A stretch of 64,000 nucleotides of DNA from Gemmatimonadota bacterium. GTDB lineage: Bacteria > Gemmatimonadota > Gemmatimonadetes > Gemmatimonadales > GWC2-71-9. This document shows positions 57,019-64,000 of the stretch, in pieces. Under the pieces are notes generated by a model, which did no database searches, had not been told where the DNA came from, and was given only the letters and a program-made list of their open reading frames with translations. A program made the position numbers and the translations under genes. How positions within the stretch are numbered: position 1 is the first letter of the stretch; every line of letters starts with the position of its first letter. The DNA lies in NCBI GenBank assembly GCA_016794825.1, contig JAEUJH010000300.1, positions 4,095-68,094 of the forward strand. Reading direction: 5' to 3'.

Positions 57019-59543
57019 TGGCCGACGAACAGCTGACCCCCGACCGACTGGCCGCCCTCCAGGCGGCATTCGAAGCCGCGCTGGACCGGCCGGCCGAGGA
57101 GCGGACCGCGTTCCTCGCCACGTTGACCGATCCGTGGCTGGCCAGCCGGGTGGCCGGCCTCCTGGCCGCCCATGAGCGGACCGGCAGCCGACTCGAAAGC
57201 CCGATCCCGGAGCTGGCCGAACGGGGACTGCTGGCCTCGGAGCGGGCGCCGGGAGACCGGATCGGCGGGTATCGGATCGTCCGCCGAATCGGCGAAGGCG
57301 GGATGGGAACGGTCTACGAGGCCGTTCGCGACGACGATCAGTATCGGAGCCGGGTGGCCATCAAGTTCCTCCGGCACCAGGCCACCAGCGACATCGCCAT
57401 CGCCCGGTTCCGGCGCGAACGCCAGATCCTCGCGCTCCTGACCCATCCGAACATCGCGGTGCTGCACGACGGCGGGGTGACGCCCGACGGCCGGCCCTAC
57501 TTCGTGATGGAGTTGATCGACGGCCTCCCGATCACCACCTGGGCCGATCAACGCCAACTGGGCGTGGCCGACCGGCTCCGGCTCTTCCTCCAGGTGGCCA
57601 AGGCGGTGGAGTACGCCCACCAGAGCCTCGTCATTCATCGCGATCTCAAGCCCGGCAACATCCTGGTGAACGGCGAGGGCACGGTCAAACTCCTCGACTT
57701 CGGAATCGCCAAACTCCTCGGCGACGTCGACGACCCCGGTCGACCCCCGGACACCGAGATCGGCCCGCGGGCCTACACGCCGGACTACGCCTCGCCCGAG
57801 CAGGTCCGCGGCCTCCCGGCCGGCACCCGAACCGACGTCTACGCGATGGGGGTGGTGCTGTTCGAGTTGCTGGCCGGCGTCCGGCCGCTCGACGTCCGGG
57901 GCAAGTCCTCCGCGGAAATCGAACGAGTCATCACCGAGACGACGCCGCCCAGGCCGAGCGCCGCATTGCCGCCGGGTCGCGAAGTCGAGTTGGGCGAACG
58001 GTCGGCGGCGCGGGCCCGCGGCGCGCTCGAGGGCGACCTCGACGCGATCGTGCTGATGGCGCTCCGCAAGGAGCCGGATCGGCGCTACGACTCGGTGGCC
58101 GAGCTGGCGCGGGACATTCGCCGTCATCTCGACGGCCTTCCGGTGTCCGCCCGACCCGACGGGATCGGCTATCGGTTCCGGAAGCTGATCCGGCGCCGAC
58201 GGGCCGAATCGGCGGCAATCGCGCTGGCCGTGGTCGCGATGATCGGCGGCACCGTGATCGCCACCATCCGGGGCCGCGAAGCCGAGCGGGAACGCGCCCG
58301 CGCCACCGAGGTCAAGGCGTTCCTGGCCACCATGCTGGGCGCGGCCAATCCGGCCTCGTTCGGTCGCGACGTGACGGTGCGCGAGGTCCTCGACTCCGCC
58401 GTGCTCCAAATCGACCGCGTCCAAGGCCGCCCGGAACTCGATGCGGAGGTGCGGGAGATCATCGGCGGGACCTACCTGGCGCTCGGCGAATTCGACGCCG
58501 CGCTGGCCCAGTTCGAACGTTCCCTCACGAGCTACCGAGCCCAGGCCCCGACCGGAAGTCGCCATGTCGCCGCCGCTCAGGCGCGGGTCAGCACCACGCT
58601 CGAGTACCTCGGCCGCTACGTCGAAGCCGATTCCGTCCTGGCCGGCGCGATCGCGATGTACCGGCGCTTTGCCGACCGGAACGACCACGCCGCGGTCGAC
58701 TATCTCGATCATCGCGCCCGGATCCTGGCCCGGCTGGGCCGGATGGACGAGGCGGAGCCGCTCTTCCGGGAAGTGCTGGCCATGCTCCGCGCCAGCAACG
58801 CCAACGACTCGCTCCAGGCATACGCGGCCACCAATCTCGGCGTCATCATCGGGGAGCAGGGCCGCCGCGCCGAGGCCGAGTCGCTGCTCGTGGACGCGGT
58901 GGGACGAGCCCGCCGGGGCCTCGGCCAGGAGCACCCGCTCGTCGCGTCGATCCTCTCCCCGCTTGCCGCCATCCAGGAGTGGCTCGGCCGGTTCGACGCC
59001 GCCGATTCCACCTATCAGGCCGCTCTGGCCATCCGGCGTCGCGCGCTCGGTCCGGAGCATCCCGAGTATGCCTGGACGATGTTCAGCTACGCCGATTTCC
59101 TGGTCAACCGGGGTCGCCCGGCGGAGGGCGCCAAGTGGGCCCGCGAGGTCCTGGCGCTGCGGGGCCGCAGCCTCGAGGACGTTCATCCCGCCGTGTCGAC
59201 CGCGATGAGCATCCTCGGACGGGCGCTGGCCGCCCAGGATTCGCTCGCGGCCGCGGAACCGTGGCTCCGTCAGGCCCTGGCCATCCGCCGCGAGACGTTT
59301 CCGCCCGGGCACTTTGCCATTCCCTCCTCCGAGAGCATCCTCGGCGATTTCCTGACCACGGCCGGGCGCTACGGCGAGGCTGAGACGCTGCTGCTGAGCG
59401 GCGAGGCGGGGCTGGTGACCGCCCGGGGCGAGTCGGCCCCGATTGTCGCCGATGCCCGGCGCCGCCTGGTCCGCCTCTATCAGGCCTGGAAGCGACCGGA
59501 CGACGCGGCCCGCTGGCAGGCCAAGCTCGACGCCACCAAATAG
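57018..59543 (+). CDS. Ser/Thr protein kinase with transmembrane segment and TPR repeats
   Basis: Kinase motifs GEGGMGTVYEA, VAIKFL, HRDLKPGNILV, DFGIAKLL and TPDYASPEQ. TM AIALAVVAMIGGTVIATI. The C-terminal TPR-like repeats (LGRYVEADSVL, LGRMDEAEPLF, QGRRAEAESLL, LGRFDAADSTY, RGRPAEGAKWA, AGRYGEAETLL) are paralogous to the kinase at 46845-49604. Confidence 0.9.
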   Translation: MADEQLTPDRLAALQAAFEAALDRPAEERTAFLATLTDPWLASRVAGLLAAHERTGSRLESPIPELAERGLLASERAPGDRIGGYRIVRRIGEGGMGTVYEAVRDDDQYRSRVAIKFLRHQATSDIAIARFRRERQILALLTHPNIAVLHDGGVTPDGRPYFVMELIDGLPITTWADQRQLGVADRLRLFLQVAKAVEYAHQSLVIHRDLKPGNILVNGEGTVKLLDFGIAKLLGDVDDPGRPPDTEIGPRAYTPDYASPEQVRGLPAGTRTDVYAMGVVLFELLAGVRPLDVRGKSSAEIERVITETTPPRPSAALPPGREVELGERSAARARGALEGDLDAIVLMALRKEPDRRYDSVAELARDIRRHLDGLPVSARPDGIGYRFRKLIRRRRAESAAIALAVVAMIGGTVIATIRGREAERERARATEVKAFLATMLGAANPASFGRDVTVREVLDSAVLQIDRVQGRPELDAEVREIIGGTYLALGEFDAALAQFERSLTSYRAQAPTGSRHVAAAQARVSTTLEYLGRYVEADSVLAGAIAMYRRFADRNDHAAVDYLDHRARILARLGRMDEAEPLFREVLAMLRASNANDSLQAYAATNLGVIIGEQGRRAEAESLLVDAVGRARRGLGQEHPLVASILSPLAAIQEWLGRFDAADSTYQAALAIRRRALGPEHPEYAWTMFSYADFLVNRGRPAEGAKWAREVLALRGRSLEDVHPAVSTAMSILGRALAAQDSLAAAEPWLRQALAIRRETFPPGHFAIPSSESILGDFLTTAGRYGEAETLLLSGEAGLVTARGESAPIVADARRRLVRLYQAWKRPDDAARWQAKLDATK

Positions 59544-59608
59544 CCGCCGGATTGGCCCCGCGGGCGCCGGGGCCCTAGCTTGGGAAGGACCCAGGCAGGA
59601 CGGCAGCG

Positions 59609-60088
59609 ATGGGCGCCAGTGAAACCCCCGAGCGACGGTCGAACCCGACCAACGGCATGGTGCCGGCGGTGGGCCGGCGGTTGCGCAACCTGCTGGCGGA
59701 GGTACCGACCCCGTTTCCGTGCCGCTACGCCTGCTTCATTCACCCGAGGCGGCGGCCCGGCGAGCAGGGGTTCGGCGTCATCACCGCCGCCGGCGAAAGT
59801 CTCCCCCTCACCGTCACGCTCCTGACCACGCTCGAACGGGTCCCGACCCTGTTCGAAGGCCGAGCCCGCGTCCTGGTCGGCCCGGCCACCGGCGCGGACT
59901 CGCTGATCCTGGCCGACGGCGGCGACTGGTCCGTTCCGCTCCCCGTGGCCAGCCTCTCCCTCCGACTCGGCGACGACGACGGACTCGGCGACCCGGCCGT
60001 GGCTCCGATCCAGACGCTCACGCCGTCACATCAGGGTCCCCACCTGACCTTGCTCTGTGCCACGCGGCCGGAGGGCTGGCCGCCCTGA
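59609..60088 (+). CDS. Hypothetical protein
   Basis: 159-aa ORF with strongly G/C-biased third positions and no recognisable motif. The start could also be the internal Met (MVPAVGRRL). Confidence 0.4.
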   Translation: MGASETPERRSNPTNGMVPAVGRRLRNLLAEVPTPFPCRYACFIHPRRRPGEQGFGVITAAGESLPLTVTLLTTLERVPTLFEGRARVLVGPATGADSLILADGGDWSVPLPVASLSLRLGDDDGLGDPAVAPIQTLTPSHQGPHLTLLCATRPEGWPP

Positions 60089-60102
60089 TTCCGAACCAGG
60101 GA

Positions 60103-62169
60103 TCACCATTCCCCGAACGGGCTGTCAGGGAGTGAACCCGGCGGACGACGGCCGGTGAGCAACGCCTCGAGCTTGAGAAACACCAGACCCGGCCCGGCCG
60201 CGCCGTGGAAGAAGGACGTGAACACCGCGGGCCGGCCGGGGTCCGGCATGAATGCCCAGCGCGGTACGGTCCAGGCGAGCCGCTCCGGGTTCGGATCGGC
60301 GCGAGCCACGATCTCCTCCGCCAGCCGGAGGGCGCGATCGAGGTACTGGCGGTCACCCGTCTCGTCGTAGAGGTCGGCAAGGAAATCGGCCACACCAGCG
60401 AGACCAAACCGGAAGTCGACCCCGAAGCGATTGGCTCCGTACCCCGGCGCCGGCGCGCCGTACAGCCCGGCGGAGTCGAGGCCGGCCACTGCTTCGCGCA
60501 CCAGCGCCAGTGAGGCCGGATCGCGAGTGATCCGCCAGCGCTCCCAGAAGAGACGGGCCGTACCGGCCTGGCCATGAGCCCAGCCGATGTCGAACGGACG
60601 TCCCCATCCGCCCGCGGGCACCGGCCAGCCGTAGGGAACCCGGAATCCACCCTCGTCGCGTCGAGCGATCGAGAGCAGGTATCGCTCGGCTCCGGCGGCG
60701 GCCGCGCCGAACTCGGCCGGGCCGTCCGGCCCACGGCCGAGAATCGACAGCGCGGTTCCAATCCCGGCGGCGCCGTGCGAGAAGTTCGGAAGGACATAGT
60801 GGGGCGGACGTTCCGACCGAAACCAGTTCCGACCGCCCGAGTCGGGACGGCTCCGGCGGAGCAATGTTCGACCGGAGGCGGCGGCGGCCCCGAGATAGGT
60901 CGAATCCCCGAGGCGGCGGCCCGCGGCGAACAGCGCCAACGCGATGCCGGCATCGCCGAACGCGACGTCGTTGGCCGGACCCCAGGTCAAGCCATCGCCG
61001 TCGGGCCGAGCCACGTTTCGGATCCGGTCGAACAGCGCGACCGCGTGGCGCCGATGGCGATCGTCCTCGGTGGCATCGGCCGCGTCGAGCAACGCGGTGG
61101 CCGGGCCAGCCAGCCCCAAGTAGAGGCTGACATCGACCGAGTCGCTCGCCACCGACGAGGTCAGCTCGATCAGCCGATCCGCGGCCTCGCCAACGGCGTG
61201 GAGCGACGCCGCATCCCGCCGGCTCCGGTACCAGGCAACGAGGAATCGAAGCCGCCCCGCGGCGCCCTGACCGAGACTCGCCGTCTCCTCACCGGGACGC
61301 TCGAGATCGTCGAGCCGATTCATTACCACGGGTGCCACCCGATCGGCGGCGTGTCGCCACCGGGAATCGGCCGGTTCGACCGCCAGGGCCCGCGTCAGCC
61401 ACTCGGCCAGCCGTTCGACGAGCAGGGGCGAGGCGGCCAGCAATCCGGTCGCGTGAGCCGAATCCGGCACCATGATGACCCGCGCCGTACTGGTGCCCCG
61501 ACGAGTCCACCGGGCCTTGTCGAACCGCCGGACAATCATTTCCCGGGCCGAGTAGACGAAGGTGGTACGACGACCGATCCGGTCCACGTCGGCCAGCGAC
61601 GAGTCCGAGAACGACCCGGGCGACAGATAGATCACGGCTCGAGGCGAGGTTCGTCCCCGGATCGCCTTCGCCAGGGCTTCGCCGCTCATGCTGGCACCCA
61701 CCGCTCCGATTCGGCTCCGGTCGACCCGCGGCTCCCTCTCGAGGAACCGAAGCGCGGCTCGAACATCGGCCCAGTCGCGGTCGAGCCCGAGGGAGCCGTT
61801 GTGGCCGGTAGAGTCGAAGGGGATGAAACGGCCTCGGTTGATGCTCTCGCCCATGGCCCGGGAGTCGAGTCGAAGCGACCCGATCCCGCGCGCCGCAAGC
61901 GTGGCGCTCAAGCGTCGGTACGCCTGCCGATCCGATCCGGCACCACTGAGCAGGAGCACGGCCGGCGCCCGACCCCGACCCCCGGGAAGCGTCAGCTCGC
62001 CAATCAGCCGCCAGCCGTCGCTGACGATGGTGACCCGCCGCTCTGTCGGCTGGACCCTCGGGGAAACGCCGCTTTCTCCCGGCACCTGGACGGCCCCGGC
62101 CACGGATCCGCCCAGGTACCACGACCACATGATCAGCAGGCCCCGGCGGGGCGTTCCCGAAATCGGCAT
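60103..62169 (-). CDS. Fusion protein: alpha/beta-hydrolase domain - LanC-like (alpha/alpha toroid) domain lacking the zinc-binding cysteines
   Basis: The N-terminal half has APAVLLLSGAGSD and a GASMSG nucleophile elbow. The C-terminal half has repeated GxAG motifs (LGLAGPA, FGDAGIA, SHGAAGIG, WAHGQAGTA, FGLAGVA, FHGAAGPG). LanC WCxG reads WAHG (Ala codon 60577-60579). LanC CHG reads FHG (Phe codon 60208-60210). Confidence 0.75.
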   Translation of the reverse strand: MPISGTPRRGLLIMWSWYLGGSVAGAVQVPGESGVSPRVQPTERRVTIVSDGWRLIGELTLPGGRGRAPAVLLLSGAGSDRQAYRRLSATLAARGIGSLRLDSRAMGESINRGRFIPFDSTGHNGSLGLDRDWADVRAALRFLEREPRVDRSRIGAVGASMSGEALAKAIRGRTSPRAVIYLSPGSFSDSSLADVDRIGRRTTFVYSAREMIVRRFDKARWTRRGTSTARVIMVPDSAHATGLLAASPLLVERLAEWLTRALAVEPADSRWRHAADRVAPVVMNRLDDLERPGEETASLGQGAAGRLRFLVAWYRSRRDAASLHAVGEAADRLIELTSSVASDSVDVSLYLGLAGPATALLDAADATEDDRHRRHAVALFDRIRNVARPDGDGLTWGPANDVAFGDAGIALALFAAGRRLGDSTYLGAAAASGRTLLRRSRPDSGGRNWFRSERPPHYVLPNFSHGAAGIGTALSILGRGPDGPAEFGAAAAGAERYLLSIARRDEGGFRVPYGWPVPAGGWGRPFDIGWAHGQAGTARLFWERWRITRDPASLALVREAVAGLDSAGLYGAPAPGYGANRFGVDFRFGLAGVADFLADLYDETGDRQYLDRALRLAEEIVARADPNPERLAWTVPRWAFMPDPGRPAVFTSFFHGAAGPGLVFLKLEALLTGRRPPGSLPDSPFGEW

Positions 62170-62416
62170 CGTTGACTCTGCGTTGATTCATCCATCCTTA
62201 CGGGTCGGGGTGGAGAACATGTTCCGTCGCGAGGATCGCGCCCGGTTGCGCCAGGCTTCGGGTTGACCTCGTCGGCCTTCCAGGCTCCGCCAGGCGGCCG
62301 GGGCCGTTTCAATCTGTACCGGCGCCTCAACCCGTCCGGGCCTGAGTGCCGGCCATGTGAGGGGAATCGGGACGGGATTACGAATGGCACTCCGAGACCA
62401 ACCCTGGCCGGAGTCG

Positions 62417-62944
62417 ATGCCCGTGATCCAAGGCGTGTTGAAGCAGCTGTCCCAACCGGATGGCGGCGGGTTCCTCAAGTCTGAAACTCGCTATACCGAC
62501 GGCACCACCAGCACCAGCTACTACAAACATCGGATGGTCTTCCCGCTCATCCGGATCGGCGACCGGCACCTCGAGGGCTACACGGTGGCCAGCGATCAGT
62601 TGGGCCACGAGATCGCCGCCGGTCTGCGGCCCGGCCAGGAAGTCACCCTGTTCACCTACGTCCATCACATCCGGAAGAAGGTCATCATCGGCGCCATTGC
62701 CGCCGATGGCTCGACCTTTCGAATGCCGGCCAAGGGCCTGGTGGCCGGGATGCTGTTCTACGTCGTCTTCTCGCCCTTCATCGTGCTGATCCCGGCGGTC
62801 GTGGTCGGGATGCTGGTCGGCATGGTCGGCGGCAAGGAGGGCTCGGCGCTGGGTCTGATGGGAGGATTTCTCTACGCCGTGGGCATCTCGTGGTACACCG
62901 CCTACCGGTTCTATCGAGCCTACCAGGAAATGAGGGCTGCCTGA
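62417..62944 (+). CDS. Membrane protein, paralog A of a tandem pair (function unknown)
   Basis: Soluble N-terminal domain of about 110 aa plus two Gly-rich hydrophobic helices and the tail WYTAYRFYRAYQEMRAA. ATG 62417 was chosen because MPVIQG aligns with MSVIEK of paralog B. ATG 62384 or GTG 62357 are possible alternatives. Confidence 0.6.
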   Translation: MPVIQGVLKQLSQPDGGGFLKSETRYTDGTTSTSYYKHRMVFPLIRIGDRHLEGYTVASDQLGHEIAAGLRPGQEVTLFTYVHHIRKKVIIGAIAADGSTFRMPAKGLVAGMLFYVVFSPFIVLIPAVVVGMLVGMVGGKEGSALGLMGGFLYAVGISWYTAYRFYRAYQEMRAA

Positions 62945-63462
62945 TGTCCGTCATCGAGAAGCACTGCGGTCGGCTCGAACGAGTCGGCAGCCTGAGCGGC
63001 GGCGAGCTGGTCCAGCCGGTCGACCGCCACGGCAACACCAAGCTGATCGGCACCTACCGGTCGGTGTCGGAACTCGACGTGCTCCAGGTCGGCGGCACGG
63101 TACTCGACAAGCCGGTCTGCGAAGGGCCGTTGTTCGAGAACCTGATGCCGGGCCGATCCGGCTGCGTCTACGTCTGGCGCAACGGGCGGAAACCGGTGCT
63201 GGTGGGGGTCAAGTACGACGACGGAGAGAAGTTCCTGATCACCCGATCGTACCTGAACGGCAGCATTCTCCAACTGGTCGTGGTGTTTTCGCTGATGTAC
63301 GGCCTCGGCGGAATGTTCGCCGGCGGAATGCTCGGCTCGGTGCTGGGTCTGGGCAGCGTGACCCCGGCCGTCGCGATGCTCGGCGGCGCCGCCGCGGTCG
63401 GCTGGACGTGGCGGAAGGCGTGGTCGTTCCGACAGGCGTACCAGGAGGCCCGCGCCGACTGA
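62944..63462 (+). CDS. Membrane protein, paralog B of a tandem pair (function unknown)
   Basis: ATG 62944 overlaps the paralog A stop (TGATG). Same architecture, with the tail WTWRKAWSFRQAYQEARAD. Helices LQLVVVFSLMYGLGGMFAGGMLGSVLGL and VAMLGGAAAVGW. Confidence 0.65.
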   Translation: MSVIEKHCGRLERVGSLSGGELVQPVDRHGNTKLIGTYRSVSELDVLQVGGTVLDKPVCEGPLFENLMPGRSGCVYVWRNGRKPVLVGVKYDDGEKFLITRSYLNGSILQLVVVFSLMYGLGGMFAGGMLGSVLGLGSVTPAVAMLGGAAAVGWTWRKAWSFRQAYQEARAD

Positions 63463-63492
63463 CCGACGCCGGGCCTCCGAGCCGCTTGGGCG

Positions 63493-64000
63493 CTACCGGC
63501 GGGGCCGGCGGACCACGCGGCCCGGACGAGCCGGGGTCAGTTCACCGTTGGCCACCACGGCCTCGCCGTTGACGAACACCCACGGAATTCCGACCGGATA
63601 GTGGTGCGGATCGGCAAACGTCCCGACCTCCGCCACTCGATCGGGGTCGAACAGCGTCAGGTCGGCCACGCAGCCCGGCCTGACGCAGCCGCGATCGCGG
63701 AGGCCGAGTCGCGCGGCGGGCATGCCGGTCATCTTGTGGACCGCCACCGGCAAAGGGAGTACCCGCTCGTCGCGCGCGTAGCGACCGAGCACCCGTGGGA
63801 AGGTGCCGTAGTTGCGAGGGTGGACCACGCCTTCGCCAAGCCGGCTCAGCGCCCCGTCACTGGCGATCATGGTGCGCGGATGCGCCATGATCCGCCGGAC
63901 GTCCGCCTCGTCCATGACGTGGAAGACCGTCCCGGCGCCACCCTTGAGCACGCCCTCGAGGACCAGCTTGACCCCGGTTTCCGGCGTGGGTGGCAGGCCC
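63493..64000 (-). CDS. N-acyl-D-amino-acid deacylase (D-aminoacylase) family amidohydrolase, C-terminal part (5' end beyond window)
   Basis: VFHVMDEADVRRIMAHPRTMIASDG, HPRNYGTFPRVLGRY, AVHKMTGMPAARLGL, ADLTLFDP and VFVNGEAVV. The frame stays open to nt 64000. Confidence 0.8.
   Translation of the reverse strand, partial: GLPPTPETGVKLVLEGVLKGGAGTVFHVMDEADVRRIMAHPRTMIASDGALSRLGEGVVHPRNYGTFPRVLGRYARDERVLPLPVAVHKMTGMPAARLGLRDRGCVRPGCVADLTLFDPDRVAEVGTFADPHHYPVGIPWVFVNGEAVVANGELTPARPGRVVRRPRR

Noticed and set aside
59719-60953. ORFs 59719-60135 (+) and 60018-60953 (-), which overlap the hypothetical gene and the LanC-like fusion gene
   Set aside because: These are Arg/Pro-rich alternate-frame products. 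The frames chosen instead show strong third-position GC bias and, for 60103-62169, recognisable domain motifs.
57018-62169. Split class III/IV lanthipeptide synthetase (Ser/Thr kinase at 57018 plus LanC-like domain at 60103)
   Set aside because: The kinase is a membrane TPR kinase translationally coupled to an ECF sigma and paralogous to the one at 46845. There is no lyase domain and no Ser/Thr/Cys-rich short precursor ORF between or beside them.

Overview
High-GC (about 70%) bacterial chromosomal window with no rRNA, tRNA, CRISPR array, transposase or integrase that I could recognise. Nt 1-43,839 are dominated by a hybrid NRPS/PKS biosynthetic gene cluster. It starts with the 3' end of an NRPS gene (C-A-PCP-TE) and a small antisense membrane protein. 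Next come a Wzm/Wzt-type ABC exporter and a type II thioesterase. These are followed by a six-gene, largely translationally coupled megasynthase operon (6841-40692). On the opposite strand sits an amidohydrolase / Sfp-type PPTase / beta-lactamase-fold lipoprotein operon. Motifs read by hand suggest the chain acyl-Ser-(NMe-aliphatic)-(NMe-Asn)-Ile-[malonyl, KR]-Gly-[malonyl, KR]. That chain would contain two statine-type gamma-amino-beta-hydroxy units, and the Val-like TE module lies upstream of the loading module, so gene order is not colinear. Unusual points include an FAAL-KR-like-ACP loading module preceded by an orphan A-subdomain fragment. There is also a tandem C-C arrangement split by an internal TubC-type docking domain, an unpartnered C-terminal docking peptide on the last PKS, and a Cys-type TE. 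The remaining 20 kb carry katG divergent from a Fur-family regulator, and two paralogous ECF-sigma / Ser-Thr-kinase modules. They also carry a YVTN beta-propeller protein, a degenerate-MBL/2-hydroxyacid-dehydrogenase fusion and a DEAD-box helicase. The window ends with an alpha/beta-hydrolase fused to a LanC-like domain lacking its zinc cysteines, a tandem pair of paralogous membrane proteins, and a partial D-aminoacylase gene. The TIGR02999-type sigma plus kinase pairs and the GC content fit Gemmatimonadota, Acidobacteriota or Planctomycetota, but lineage cannot be decided from the sequence alone. All domain calls come from motifs read by eye, and no database search was run.
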